From assembly GCA_963675295.2 (NCBI GenBank), contig CAXXKJ010000002.1, positions 1,728,001-1,792,000 of the forward strand: DNA of 64,000 nt, read 5' to 3'. This DNA is from a bacterium (GTDB taxonomy: Bacteria; Electryoneota; Electryoneia; Electryoneales; Electryoneaceae). Position 1 is the first letter of the stretch, and each line of letters starts with the position of its first letter. Position numbers and translations under genes: made by a program. The notes under the pieces are model-generated. The model was not told the origin of the DNA. It saw nothing but the letters and a program-made list of their open reading frames with translations, and made no database searches. Below, piece by piece: positions 1 through 10,523 of this stretch.

Positions 1-456
1 TATGACCGCGATTGCATCGAGTTTGAGGTGGAAACCTCTTTCGATCCCGAGACTCGGTATTCCGTCTACTATTACACTGAGGGCAATGCTTTGTATTATG
101 CGGACATGGACATATGGGGCTGGAGACTGGTGCTGGATTTTGACGTCGTGGTCAATCATTCAACCGGTGACACACTCAACGCGGCAGATCTGGATACGAC
201 GGCAGCCCAGTACCAGATCCTCATCCTGATCGCTAACCAGGATACCGTGACGTTGGAAACGCGGACTTTTGAGATGTGTGTCGGGTCGCGGCGAGAAACC
301 CACTACGAGTCAGGCGGTCTGGATATCAGTACAGTGTTCTTCTCATACGATGTTGGCATGGTGTACTACGAATATCTCCATTACGAGGATGAGGCCCAAG
401 AGCTACCCAACCTGACGCGAAGAGGTGTTTTGACGAGTTGGTCGTCGATGGAATAA
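1..456 (+). CDS. Hypothetical protein, 5'-truncated by window edge
   Basis: Frame 1 is open from base 1 (YDRDCIEFEVETSFDP...) to TAA at 454-456; acidic, protein-like composition; no recognisable motif. Confidence 0.6.
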   Translation, partial: YDRDCIEFEVETSFDPETRYSVYYYTEGNALYYADMDIWGWRLVLDFDVVVNHSTGDTLNAADLDTTAAQYQILILIANQDTVTLETRTFEMCVGSRRETHYESGGLDISTVFFSYDVGMVYYEYLHYEDEAQELPNLTRRGVLTSWSSME

Positions 457-485
457 TCTGCACGTTTGGCACAACAAAACTTCGC

Positions 486-1586
486 TTAGTCTATTGTTCC
501 CATCGCATTGATCGTGATGGGATTTTCATTGTAGTCTAGTGAGATCGTCGTCAGGTACTGGAACACGTCGGCACGTTCAACGGATTCCAACGCCACCGGC
601 CGAAATCTCACCTCCACGTTGTACACATTCACCGGCACGACACGCGCTTCCGAAACCGATCTGTCTTCGAAGGTGATGTCGGCGATCAGGCCGACCTTTG
701 CGGTTTCGCTGTAGGACGCGAACGCGAAGTTGCCTAGCGAATAGAAAATCGGTGTGTCCTTGTAGATTTCGATGCCTTGCGGGACGTGCGGGTGGTGGCC
801 GACGACAAAGTCCGCGCCGTGATCGATGCACAGGTGCGCGAGGTCGACCTGGTAGTCTTTCGGCGTCTCACGTTTTTCCGCGCCCCAGTGGAAGACGGTG
901 ACGACGATATCATACGCCGCCGCGCACTCGTCCACCCGGCGGATCACGTCCTGCTCGTATGGGAACGCGGTCCCCGCCGAGGTGTCGCTCGCCCAGAATT
1001 CTTCCGGGAAGGTGGCGGAGAAGCCAAGCAGCGCGAGGGTCTGCCCGTTGAACTCGAACGACGCTTCTTTCAGCGCTTCGGTCTTGTTCATCCCCGCGCC
1101 GAAGTGCTGGATGCCGGTCGCGTCCAGTTCGGCCATCGTGTCACGCAGTCCCTGGACACCGTAGTCGAGGATGTGGTTGTTGGCCAGGGTGACAGCGCGG
1201 ATGTTGGCGTTGTACAGGCCCTGTGTCACGCCCGGTTCCGCTTTGAGGTAGAAGGTTTTCTCGAGGTACGGTTCTTCCACCGAGGTGACCGGATTCTCGA
1301 GGTTGCCGACGACGAGGTCCATTTCGTGGAACAGGTCGCGCGTTTTCTCGAACGGGTAGTCCACGCCGAAGGTGTCAATGTAGGCCGTCGCCCAGCTGCC
1401 GAGGAAGATGTCGCCGGTGAAGCCGAGGCGGACGGTGGTGTTGTCCGGGGCGGTTTCGTCCTGCGCGACGGTGGCGAACGGAATCGCCAGCAGCATCATG
1501 ATGGCCAGGGTGAACCCTCGAACTGTCGATTTTTCAACTACTCTCGGAACGGAAATCATCAACTTATCCTGAAACGTGGATCTCAC
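486..1586 (-). CDS. CapA family (PGA_cap) metallophosphatase-like protein, exported
   Basis: Motifs GFTGDI, GNLENP, LANNHILDYG, HWGAE, GHHPHV, YSLGNF; signal peptide-like segment. True start may be downstream of 1586. Confidence 0.9.
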   Translation of the reverse strand: MRSTFQDKLMISVPRVVEKSTVRGFTLAIMMLLAIPFATVAQDETAPDNTTVRLGFTGDIFLGSWATAYIDTFGVDYPFEKTRDLFHEMDLVVGNLENPVTSVEEPYLEKTFYLKAEPGVTQGLYNANIRAVTLANNHILDYGVQGLRDTMAELDATGIQHFGAGMNKTEALKEASFEFNGQTLALLGFSATFPEEFWASDTSAGTAFPYEQDVIRRVDECAAAYDIVVTVFHWGAEKRETPKDYQVDLAHLCIDHGADFVVGHHPHVPQGIEIYKDTPIFYSLGNFAFASYSETAKVGLIADITFEDRSVSEARVVPVNVYNVEVRFRPVALESVERADVFQYLTTISLDYNENPITINAMGTID

Positions 1587-1654
1587 AGTACCTTCCTAGA
1601 GTAACCATGAAAGAAGCCAACAATCCAGCGCATTTCTGATCCACGGGGGGCACG

Positions 1655-2473
1655 GTGAAGCTGCCGAGTGTTGTTGCCGCTATCGCGTTGTTGCTGCTGA
1701 TCGGGTGTTCGGATGGTGAAGTTGTTGGCGAGCGGAACCCTGCCGATGAGGTCGCGATCTCGGACCTGGAACCAACGGGCTTGATTCCGTCAGCGACCGA
1801 AGAGTTTGTGCGTAAATCGGGGATTGCGCCTGGCGATACGGTACGTGTGCTGGGGTTGTTTTCATCGGAGCGGCTGCCCTCGGCATCGGACGATGATGCG
1901 GTCAGCTATTTCCTCGATTCCACCCGGATTGTGATTCAGCCGAATAATGATGGCCGTTCACCTGATCCGTACTGGATACAATATCTGGATGTGGATACGC
2001 AAGGCCGCCCGCTGTTCCGTTTCCTCGACGTTCGATTAGCGGGCGAAATCGTGCCCGATTTCCGTGGCACGGCAAGCCTTTGCAGCCTGGTCGTTCTCGA
2101 TACCACCGCAAATCCACGACGATCCAGCCCCACCTGGCACCGTAGAACCTTCCAGACACGGTTTGGTAACTTGACCGTCACACCTGATCCCGCGGCGTAT
2201 GATACCGTCAATTTCGGAATTCTTGGCCCGCCGGGAGCGGCGGATGTGTATGCCGAATTCAACGGGAAACGTTCCCGGTTGATTACCGGCGTGCGGCTGG
2301 TGCAGTACAACCTGATCGATGTCAAGTGGGTGGGTGATCTGGACGATGACAATATCCCCGACCTGATCATGGATTACGGCGCAGGCACAGGGTTCCATTA
2401 TTACCTGTCGAGCCTGGCGCGGGACGGTCAGTTGTTCGGGTTGGCGGCGAAACAGACGACCCACGGGTGCTGA
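1655..2473 (+). CDS. Hypothetical lipoprotein
   Basis: N-terminal lipobox LLLIGC; WVGDLDDDNIPDLIM resembles an FG-GAP/Ca-binding loop. Confidence 0.65.
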   Translation: MKLPSVVAAIALLLLIGCSDGEVVGERNPADEVAISDLEPTGLIPSATEEFVRKSGIAPGDTVRVLGLFSSERLPSASDDDAVSYFLDSTRIVIQPNNDGRSPDPYWIQYLDVDTQGRPLFRFLDVRLAGEIVPDFRGTASLCSLVVLDTTANPRRSSPTWHRRTFQTRFGNLTVTPDPAAYDTVNFGILGPPGAADVYAEFNGKRSRLITGVRLVQYNLIDVKWVGDLDDDNIPDLIMDYGAGTGFHYYLSSLARDGQLFGLAAKQTTHGC

Positions 2474-2510
2474 CAGGAAACGCGCGAGTGTCCAGATTGA
2501 ATCGGGGCGG

Positions 2511-3599
2511 CTAGCGGTTGGGCAGGACACGCCGCGCGTAGTTGGCGAGGCTGTTGAGCGTGTGCCGCACGCCCTTGTTGCGCAGTTTGCTGTAGACACG
2601 TTCGCCGAGCTTCGGGATGCTGACCAATGCGGTGAACACACTCGTGGCGCGGTCGATTGGGCGTAGCAGCTCGACCGGGTAGCCGTGCTGGCGCAATTCG
2701 GCGTGCAACAGCCGCGTAGACAGCGCTTTCTCGCCACGGTTCAGCGTCGTGTGCCACCGTCCCACTGCGGACGCGACAATCCCCTTGCCCGCGTCTCGTT
2801 CGAGTTTGTCCTTGCCGGCGATGTTGGACCGTTCGGTCTCCAGCATTTGCGGCTGAAAGTCGATCCCGATGAAGTCGCAGACTCGGCGGATGGTGCCCTC
2901 TGGATCGGCGGTGAGGTCCTCGTAGCGCAGGGAGAGGATGCGTTCGGGAAACTCAGCGCGCGCACGGTTTACCGCCCGCACCGCCGAGCGCCACGCGAGG
3001 CTGTTCCAGAACGCGTCGTACTCGGTGATCCCACGGCTGGCCTTGTCGTCGATGGTCGCAGTGCCGTCCTTCAGCCGTGCCTTCATCCGCTGCTCGCGCA
3101 GCTTTTTCGAGCTCAACGTGTCACGTCCATCGCGCACGATCTCAATCGCCAACGCGTCCGGGATCTCACCCAGGATCTGAACAGCTTGCTGCGTGTGGTC
3201 GGGAGTTTTCTCGACCCAGAGGCGTTTGCCGTCTCGTTGTGCGAGAAACGTGAACGTTGCCGGAAACACCAGCCGGTGCGGCGGATTGTCGGGCAGGGTG
3301 GCACGGATCGCGGCGAGTTCGTCCGGGGCCAGGATATCCGGATCAAGCGGCTCGGTCTTGACTTCATACAGACGGCGGTGCCCGGTGATGATCAGGTTCG
3401 CGCAGAATGCGATCATCGCGTTGAGCGCGGTTTCGGTGTCCAGCGTCGGGTACAGCGGCTTGTAATAATGCGGCATCTGGTAGAACGCCGACTCCGACCG
3501 TTGCGAATAGACATGCGGATGCTGCCGCAGCACATTCTGCAGCAGGCTGGTGCCGGAATGGGCGTACCCGAAGATGAAAACTGGCTGGATCGATGCCAT
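2511..3599 (-). CDS. Sulfotransferase (Sulfotransfer_3-like)
   Basis: PAPS-binding motif FIFGYAHSGTSLL, WVEKTP, IVRDGRD, LRYEDL..DP, terminal VGRW motif. Confidence 0.88.
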   Translation of the reverse strand: MASIQPVFIFGYAHSGTSLLQNVLRQHPHVYSQRSESAFYQMPHYYKPLYPTLDTETALNAMIAFCANLIITGHRRLYEVKTEPLDPDILAPDELAAIRATLPDNPPHRLVFPATFTFLAQRDGKRLWVEKTPDHTQQAVQILGEIPDALAIEIVRDGRDTLSSKKLREQRMKARLKDGTATIDDKASRGITEYDAFWNSLAWRSAVRAVNRARAEFPERILSLRYEDLTADPEGTIRRVCDFIGIDFQPQMLETERSNIAGKDKLERDAGKGIVASAVGRWHTTLNRGEKALSTRLLHAELRQHGYPVELLRPIDRATSVFTALVSIPKLGERVYSKLRNKGVRHTLNSLANYARRVLPNR

Positions 3600-3721
3600 C
3601 GTGCGACCGCGTGTTCGTGGAACAGTAATGCCCGGACAAGGTACGCGCGATACCGTATCCGGGCAATTCTCACTCGCGAGATTGCGGGGTCAAACGTGGG
3701 AATGGGTTAACTGGTCGTCGG

Positions 3722-4348
3722 TTAGTCCTTCCACGTCCGCTTGATGAAGCCATCCCGTCCCGATCCCACCTTGTACGCGTTGTAGTGCAACGGGTTCTTC
3801 TTGTAGTAGTCCTGGTGGTAATCCTCGGCCTTGTAGAATTCGGTGACCGGCAGGACTTCGGTGACGATCGGATCGTCAAACTTGCCCGATTCTTCCAGCT
3901 CCCGCTTCGATTCCTCCGCCAACCGTTTCTGCTCCTCGTTGTGGTAGAAGATCGCAGTTTTGTAATGATCGCCACGGTCGGCGAACTGGCCGTACTTGTC
4001 GGTCGGGTCGATGTTTCGCCAGTAGGTGTAGAGAAGCTTCTCGTAGCTGACGACGGACGGATCGTAGGTCACCTGCGCCGATTCACGATGCCCGGTGCGG
4101 CCGTTGACCACATCCTTGTAGCTGGGATTCTTCTCGCTGCCGCCGGTGAAGCCGGCGACGACGTCAATTACGCCGTCCAGCTGCTGAAACGGCGGTTCCA
4201 TGCACCAGAAGCAGCCACCGGCAAAGGTGGCGACGGCCAGGTTCTTATCGTTCACTTGAACATCCTGAGCATGAGTATTTTTGGGAGTAGTCATCACGAC
4301 GATCAAGCTGAACGCAATGAGGGTCACTTGCAAAAGTTGGCGAATCAT
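3722..4348 (-). CDS. msrA: Peptide-methionine (S)-S-oxide reductase, with signal peptide
   Basis: ATFAGGCFWC active site, GHRESAQVTYDP, GQFADRG, FYKAEDYHQDYY. Confidence 0.95.
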   Translation of the reverse strand: MIRQLLQVTLIAFSLIVVMTTPKNTHAQDVQVNDKNLAVATFAGGCFWCMEPPFQQLDGVIDVVAGFTGGSEKNPSYKDVVNGRTGHRESAQVTYDPSVVSYEKLLYTYWRNIDPTDKYGQFADRGDHYKTAIFYHNEEQKRLAEESKRELEESGKFDDPIVTEVLPVTEFYKAEDYHQDYYKKNPLHYNAYKVGSGRDGFIKRTWKD

Positions 4349-4380
4349 CCTGTATCCTCGTTCATCAAGACTTCATTCAT

Positions 4381-4410
4381 TTCTACGCCTGAGGGTGAAA
4401 GCTGGTTTCA
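4381..4410 (-). promoter_or_regulatory. Candidate ECF-sigma-type promoter upstream of msrA
   Basis: Minus strand reads TGAAAC-N17-CGTA about 35 nt upstream of the msrA start. Confidence 0.35.
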
Positions 4411-4629
4411 TCCGATGCGGGAACTACGAGACCGGGTACCAGCATAGTGTTGAAGTTTTCCACCAGGATCACTGTATTATGTTGCTCATGCGGGACTGTG
4501 TTTGGTCAGTTCGTTATCCAGGCCCGTCGTTCATCAATCAGCTGCCGTTAGTCTGGGTGTGCTGGAGCCGACCACCAGAAAGAACGATGAAGTAGCTTTG
4601 GCATCAGGCAAGAACGATCTGGGAGATAC

Positions 4630-6996
4630 ATGCTACTCGCAGTTGCTGGCTGTTTTGCTTTGGCGGTGATCTCTCCCGGTTTGTACCGCATTTTCGGGAA
4701 GCGGTCTGGCCCACTCATGGCACTCCTCCCGGCCAGCGTGTTTCTCTTTCTGCTCTCGAAGCTGCCGTCGCTTACTGAATCATCCAGTGAAGGACCGAGT
4801 GCGCTGTTGGAATCCTATACGTGGGTACAACAGTGGGACATCGGGCTTTCCTTCCGTTTGGATGGATTATCCTTACTTTTTTCCTTGATGATCACCGGAA
4901 TAGGTGCTCTGGTTTTCGCATATTCCGGTTCCTACATGGCCAAGCATGGCAGTAGCGGTCGATTCTATCCTCTACTTGCAGCATTTATGGGGGCAATGTT
5001 GGGCCTTGTCCTCGCGGATGACCTGATCGCAATGTTCGTCTTCTGGGAGTTGACCAGCATTACCTCCTATCTCCTGATCGGATTTGACTATGACAAATTG
5101 CAATCGCGGAAATCGGCATTACAGGCTTTGCTTGTCACCGGCGCTGGTGGTTTGGCGCTGCTGGCTGGTTTCATTTTGTTGATACAGGCTTCCGACGCGA
5201 GAACATTCACTGAGTTATTGTCAGGAAGCTTGAATCTTACATCACACTCTTTGTATCCAGGCATATTGATTTTGATTGCCCTGGGCGCATTTACGAAAAG
5301 TGCCCAGTGGCCATTCCATTTCTGGCTTCCATCAGCAATGGTTGCTCCAGCACCTGTCAGCACCTACCTCCATTCAGCGACGATGGTTAAAGCGGGGGTA
5401 TACCTGTTGGCAAGGCTTCAACCGGTATTGTCGGGAACTCCGTTCTGGGAAAACCTGTTTGTCGTGGCAGGCTTGATGACTCTGCTTACGGGTGCCGTCA
5501 TGACACTATGGCAGAGCGATCTAAAAAGCCTGCTCGCCTATTCCACGGTTGCGGCGCTTGGAACAATGGTCTTGTTGATCGGGATTGGTGGCAAATATGC
5601 TGCTGTGGCACTGGGAGTCTATATCGCGGCGCACGCCTTATATAAAGCCGCCTTATTTCTCATCTCTGGCATTATCGATATGCAAACTGGCACCAGGGAT
5701 ATCAACAAGTTGGGGGGACTTTTCAAGAAATTGCCGGTCACTGGTACGGCAGCTTTACTGGCAGGGTTGTCATTCGCGGGTCTTCCCCCTGTTACCGGGT
5801 ATATTGCAAAAGAACTGTTATACAAATCGACCTGGTCTGCGCCGTACGGACTTGTGCTCAGCCTCTTGGTCGTTACCGCCAAAGCAATTCTGTTTTACAC
5901 AGCTTACCAGGTTGCCATAAAACCCTTCTTCGGAAAAATGCTGACAGAACCCAAGTCTGATCGTAAAGCACCCATGTTCATGGTGCTCGGTCCGATCTTG
6001 CTTGCGGTGTCTGGTTTCCTGCTCGGTGTGTTCGGGACTGGTGCTACTGGGTTTTTCGAGTCGGTTGGCAGTGCAGTTGCAAACGCCCGGGTCACTGCTG
6101 ATTTATCGCTGTGGCATGGCCTGATCCCAGCATTCTGGTTATCAGTGGTGACTGTGCTACTGGGCTTTGCTTTGATGTCATTGAAGCGTTTCATCCTGCG
6201 GTCACGAAACCCCTTTGATACCCTTGGCCGATTCGGACCAACTGCCATCTACAACGCCTGGCTAGAGGGTACAATCTGGCTTGGACACTGGCAGACAGCA
6301 CTTATTCAGAATGGTCGTCTCAGAATCTACATCCTGATTGTTTTAAGCGTGATTCTGGTGCTCGGCGGGGGAACTTATCTTCTGAACCTGGAGGCATCGA
6401 GTATTCAGTTGAAGTGGGATGGAATTCGTTTCTATGAGCTGCTGATCGCTATTATCACTCTTTCAGGCGCACTTGGAACAGTACTATCGAAAGGAAGGTT
6501 GACCGCAATCGTAACGCTTGGTGTTGCTGGATTGGGCGTGGCTTTGATTTTCATGTTCTTTGGCGGGCCTGACCTTTCCGTCACCCAGATATCAGTTGAA
6601 ACCTTGAGTGTCCTCCTGCTGGTTGTGGCGTTGTACAGTCTGCCGAAATTCCGCCGTTTAAACTCAACTGGAACAAGGGCGCGTGATGTGACTGTCGCTG
6701 TCCTGACTGGTATGTTTTTATCGGTACTGACTCTGGATTCGTTCACCGGGAACCGTGTGTCCGAGTTGGGCCGATGGTTTGCCGAGCAATCATATCTGGC
6801 GGGGAAGGGGCGCAATGTTGTTAATGTGATCTTGGTGGATTTCCGTGCCATGGACACATTGGGTGAGATCACAGTGGTGGCAATTGCTGCGATTGGGGTG
6901 TTGTCTCTACTCCGGGTTCGCAGTGGTCGAGATGGAACGGCTCCGCAAAATCTGCCTGAGCTTCCGGTATGTGAAGACAAGGAGGCCAGCCGATGA
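4630..6996 (+). CDS. mrpA: Mrp Na+/H+ antiporter subunit A
   Basis: [54 protein letters not shown]-terminal [18 protein letters not shown]. Confidence 0.96.
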   Translation: MLLAVAGCFALAVISPGLYRIFGKRSGPLMALLPASVFLFLLSKLPSLTESSSEGPSALLESYTWVQQWDIGLSFRLDGLSLLFSLMITGIGALVFAYSGSYMAKHGSSGRFYPLLAAFMGAMLGLVLADDLIAMFVFWELTSITSYLLIGFDYDKLQSRKSALQALLVTGAGGLALLAGFILLIQASDARTFTELLSGSLNLTSHSLYPGILILIALGAFTKSAQWPFHFWLPSAMVAPAPVSTYLHSATMVKAGVYLLARLQPVLSGTPFWENLFVVAGLMTLLTGAVMTLWQSDLKSLLAYSTVAALGTMVLLIGIGGKYAAVALGVYIAAHALYKAALFLISGIIDMQTGTRDINKLGGLFKKLPVTGTAALLAGLSFAGLPPVTGYIAKELLYKSTWSAPYGLVLSLLVVTAKAILFYTAYQVAIKPFFGKMLTEPKSDRKAPMFMVLGPILLAVSGFLLGVFGTGATGFFESVGSAVANARVTADLSLWHGLIPAFWLSVVTVLLGFALMSLKRFILRSRNPFDTLGRFGPTAIYNAWLEGTIWLGHWQTALIQNGRLRIYILIVLSVILVLGGGTYLLNLEASSIQLKWDGIRFYELLIAIITLSGALGTVLSKGRLTAIVTLGVAGLGVALIFMFFGGPDLSVTQISVETLSVLLLVVALYSLPKFRRLNSTGTRARDVTVAVLTGMFLSVLTLDSFTGNRVSELGRWFAEQSYLAGKGRNVVNVILVDFRAMDTLGEITVVAIAAIGVLSLLRVRSGRDGTAPQNLPELPVCEDKEASR

Positions 6997-7403
6997 AATC
7001 ACTGATTCTGCAGATGATGGTGAGAGCGCTTCTCCCATTGCTACTTCTTTTCAGTTTGTATCTGCTTCTGCGTGGACACAACAGCCCTGGCGGTGGGTTT
7101 GCCGGTGGTTTGATCGCGGGAGCTGTCTTCGTCCTCTTCGCGTTGGTATTCGGGGTCGAGGAGACCCGTCGAGCATTGCATGTAGAACCCATATCCATCA
7201 TGGTATCCGGTCTCGCCATAGCGGTTGTGAGCGGGTTATACGGATTGATATGGGGTGATGCTTTCCTCCAGGCATGGTGGTGGGACCGGGAGATCGCTCT
7301 TCTCAAACACTTCGGCACTCCACTGGTTTTTGATGTCGGCGTTTACCTGACGGTGTTGGGTGCTGTACTCGTTGTGGTGCTCACTCTGATCGAGGAGGAA
7401 TAA
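6993..7403 (+). CDS. mrpB: Mrp Na+/H+ antiporter subunit B
   Basis: [24 protein letters not shown]; ATGA overlap with mrpA. Confidence 0.95.
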   Translation: MKSLILQMMVRALLPLLLLFSLYLLLRGHNSPGGGFAGGLIAGAVFVLFALVFGVEETRRALHVEPISIMVSGLAIAVVSGLYGLIWGDAFLQAWWWDREIALLKHFGTPLVFDVGVYLTVLGAVLVVVLTLIEEE

Positions 7404-7753
7404 TGCTTGTACTATCCCTCCTTATCGGAGGTCTTGCTGCGGCGGGAATTTACCTGATGCTGCGTCGAAGCGTTGCGAAACTGATTTTCGGTATCGCCCT
7501 GCTTGGACATGCGGTGAACCTGATCGTGTTTTCATCGGGTGGATTGATGCCTGCTGGATCACCCATAATCAGTGAGAACGCTAAGATCCTGCTTGAGCCA
7601 CATCCGGACCCGCTTCCCCAGGCTCTGGTGCTGACAGCAATTGTCATTGGCTTCAGCGTGCAGGCGTTTGCCATCGTTTTAATCAAACGGGCTCATCAGG
7701 AAGCCGAAACGGACGATTTTGACCAGATGGACACAACGGAGCGGGATGAATGA
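7403..7753 (+). CDS. mrpC: Mrp Na+/H+ antiporter subunit C
   Basis: GHAVNL, DPLPQALVLTAIVIGF. Confidence 0.95.
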   Translation: MLVLSLLIGGLAAAGIYLMLRRSVAKLIFGIALLGHAVNLIVFSSGGLMPAGSPIISENAKILLEPHPDPLPQALVLTAIVIGFSVQAFAIVLIKRAHQEAETDDFDQMDTTERDE

Positions 7754-9264
7754 ATACTGTCGCGCTTCTTCTCACACTTCCCGTGCTGATCCCGCTATCT
7801 GCTGCCATACTCTGCATTGTCGTCAGGTCGAACCGAGCGGCTCAACGCATATTCAGCATTACTGGATTAGTTGCACTATTCTCTTCGTCAGTTTGGTTGC
7901 TGGCTTCCGTTCAGAACGAACCAGTAATTGCGACTCAACTCGGTGGTTGGGTTGCACCTTATGGCATCACTTTTGTCGCGGATCGGTTCAGTGCATTAAT
8001 GGTTGTCGTCTCATCCTTGATGGGGCTTGCCGTCGGTATATACTCTCTCGCTGATCTTGATCGGGATCGTGAACACTACGGTCATCACAGCCTGTTTCAC
8101 ATTTTACTCATGGGCGTGAATGGCGCCTTTCTGACGGGTGACTTGTTCAATTTGTATGTCTGGTTCGAAGTCATGTTGATCGCATCGTTTGTGCTCACCA
8201 CGCTGGGTGGGCGTCGCGGTCAATTGGAAGGTGGGTTGAAATACATGACATTGAACCTTCTGGGATCCATGGTCTTTCTGTTGTCGATAGGCCTGTTGTA
8301 CAGCCAGACGGGCACCTTGAATATCGCCAAGCTTCATCTGATCCTAGCCCAAGTCCAGGGAAACGCAATCCTGCTAACCGTTGCTGTCTTGCTTATGATT
8401 GCATTCGGGATTAAAGCTGCGGTATTTCCATTGTTTATGTGGCTCCCAACCTCTTACCATACTCCACCAACTGCTGTTTCTGCTATTTTCGCTGGTCTTC
8501 TTACAAAAGTGGGTGTATATGCTCTTATCCGCACTTTCACCATGCTTTTCGTCTTCAATTTGACATGGACTCACACGATACTATTATGGATTGCGGGTTT
8601 CACAATGGTATCAGGTGTACTTGGCGCAATGATTCAGGGATCCATACGTCGAATACTTAGTTTCCACATTATTAGTCAGATCGGATATATGCTTCTTGGA
8701 TTAGCCCTGTTTACAAGCGCGGGAATTGCCGGAGCGGTGTTTTATATCATCCATCACATTGTGGTGAAGACAAACCTGTTTTTGATCGGGGGATTGATTG
8801 CCCGAATCCGTGGAACAAGTGTACTCAGCAGAATCGGGGGGCTGCTTAAGGACAGGCCTGTACTTGCGGTGTTGTTTCTCATTCCCGGATTGTCGCTGGC
8901 GGGCATTCCTCCGCTAAGTGGTTTTTGGGCAAAGTACGCAGTAATCAAAGCCGCTCTGGATGCGGAAAGCTGGATCATTGCAGGGGTAGCACTCCTGGTT
9001 GGACTGCTGACCTTGTTTTCCATGATGAAGATCTGGTCGGAGGCATATTGGAAACCGCAGCCGGAGAACTCGGTTTCAACTCCTGGACCAATGCCTGTTT
9101 CGACACGTCTTCTTGGATATGCGCCTGTGATCATGCTTGCAATGGTGACGTTGGCCATTGGTTTCTACCCGGGTTGGTTGCTGGATCAAGCCAACGCTGC
9201 TGCATCCCAGTTGCTGGACACAGAGAGTTACCTTCATGCCGTACTGGGAGGGACGATACCTTGA
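7750..9264 (+). CDS. mrpD: Mrp Na+/H+ antiporter subunit D
   Basis: GAFLTGDLFNLYVWFEVML, IKAAVFPLFMWLP, LLTKVGVY, GIPPLSGFWAK. Confidence 0.95.
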   Translation: MNTVALLLTLPVLIPLSAAILCIVVRSNRAAQRIFSITGLVALFSSSVWLLASVQNEPVIATQLGGWVAPYGITFVADRFSALMVVVSSLMGLAVGIYSLADLDRDREHYGHHSLFHILLMGVNGAFLTGDLFNLYVWFEVMLIASFVLTTLGGRRGQLEGGLKYMTLNLLGSMVFLLSIGLLYSQTGTLNIAKLHLILAQVQGNAILLTVAVLLMIAFGIKAAVFPLFMWLPTSYHTPPTAVSAIFAGLLTKVGVYALIRTFTMLFVFNLTWTHTILLWIAGFTMVSGVLGAMIQGSIRRILSFHIISQIGYMLLGLALFTSAGIAGAVFYIIHHIVVKTNLFLIGGLIARIRGTSVLSRIGGLLKDRPVLAVLFLIPGLSLAGIPPLSGFWAKYAVIKAALDAESWIIAGVALLVGLLTLFSMMKIWSEAYWKPQPENSVSTPGPMPVSTRLLGYAPVIMLAMVTLAIGFYPGWLLDQANAAASQLLDTESYLHAVLGGTIP

Positions 9265-9734
9265 TTTATCTACTGATTCACGCATTCATCGTTATCGTCT
9301 GGTTGCTGCTCAGCGGTAGTTTCACCCTGTGGAATGCGCTTCTGGGGCTTGTGATTGGTTACGTACTGGTTGCCATTGCTTCTCCAGCTGAGGATAAGCG
9401 AAGCTATGTTAAGCGTCTTCCCGCTGCTATAAATCTATTTATATATTTTATTTTTGAGTTAATCAAAGCTAATCTGGTTGTCGCATGGGAGATGATTGAT
9501 CCAAGGCATACGATGAATCCTGGAATAGTGTCAATACCTCTGGATTTACAGTCGCCAGTTGCAATAACATTGCTTGCAAACCTTATAACCCTGACTCCAG
9601 GAACGTTGACCCTGGAAGTCACTGAAGACAGGAAAACACTGTTTGTTCATGCGATGTACATTTACGATCAACAGAAGTTCAGGGATTCTATTAAACGTGG
9701 GTTCGAACGCAGAGTGATGGAGGTGTTTGAATGA
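9261..9734 (+). CDS. mrpE: Mrp Na+/H+ antiporter subunit E
   Basis: LANLITLTPGTL motif; start re-assigned to TTG 9261, overlapping the mrpD stop. Confidence 0.93.
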   Translation: MIYLLIHAFIVIVWLLLSGSFTLWNALLGLVIGYVLVAIASPAEDKRSYVKRLPAAINLFIYFIFELIKANLVVAWEMIDPRHTMNPGIVSIPLDLQSPVAITLLANLITLTPGTLTLEVTEDRKTLFVHAMYIYDQQKFRDSIKRGFERRVMEVFE

Positions 9735-10006
9735 CGCTGGAGGCTTTTGCAATCTACGTTATTTTGCCGATTTTGGGCATTTCCCTGGTGCTGACGGTCA
9801 TCAGGCTGTTCTTAGGACCAAGTCTTGCTGATCGAGTCGTAGCTTTGGATTTAATGAGCATGCTGGGCATCAGCCTTGTGACGGTATTCTCCCTGGCGTT
9901 CAGCCGCACAGTTTTTTTCGACATTGCGATCGTCATCGCGTTGGTGTCGTTCATGACCACGATTGCGTTTGCTCGATTCCTTGAGAAACGAAACCAGACA
10001 AAATGA
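9731..10006 (+). CDS. mrpF: Mrp Na+/H+ antiporter subunit F
   Basis: GPSLADRVVALD motif, three TM segments. Confidence 0.93.
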   Translation: MTLEAFAIYVILPILGISLVLTVIRLFLGPSLADRVVALDLMSMLGISLVTVFSLAFSRTVFFDIAIVIALVSFMTTIAFARFLEKRNQTK

Positions 10007-10332
10007 GCATTGTTGACTACATAGCCGCGGCACTGATTCTGCTTGGCGCGCTGTTGATGCTGCTATCCTCGTTTGGACTTCTGCGGATGCCTGATCTCTA
10101 TATCCGATTGTCCGCAGCTTCCAAAGCAACGTCACTCGGCGCGATTTTACTGCTTTCCGGATTCGCGCTGGTTCAGACTGATTCGGCTCTGGTTTTTCGA
10201 GTCATCCTGACGATCTTATTCGTACTGATTACTGTCCCGGTTTCATCTCATGCCATTGCGCGTGCCGGGTATCGGGATGGTGTCCCCTTATGGAAAAAAA
10301 CTGTTGTTGATGAGTTAAAAGACTCTGAATAA
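10003..10332 (+). CDS. mrpG: Mrp Na+/H+ antiporter subunit G
   Basis: GLLRMPDLYIRLSAASKATSLG, PVSSHAIARA. Confidence 0.93.
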   Translation: MSIVDYIAAALILLGALLMLLSSFGLLRMPDLYIRLSAASKATSLGAILLLSGFALVQTDSALVFRVILTILFVLITVPVSSHAIARAGYRDGVPLWKKTVVDELKDSE

Positions 10333-10523
10333 TGGTTGAACCGCTTCTCATCGTTCTGGCATTCGAGTAGTGAATTCGATTTTTGCCCTGCCTGCGTTCC
10401 TTCCCGTCCACCCAACTCGTATTCTCCCTTGTGCAGCAGGACGCCCTTTATTCGTCGCCATGCACGTGCTATCGTCTCTGTGCTGTGCCGTCGTCAGACC
10501 CGTACCCCCACCGGAGACTGTTT

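Noticed and set aside
777-1604. 275-aa plus-strand ORF
   Set aside because: Antisense shadow of the CapA gene; no motifs.
4450-4629. Possible Na+/Li+ riboswitch upstream of mrpA
   Set aside because: Could not match the nhaA-I/II or DUF1646 consensus by eye; a cmscan would be needed.
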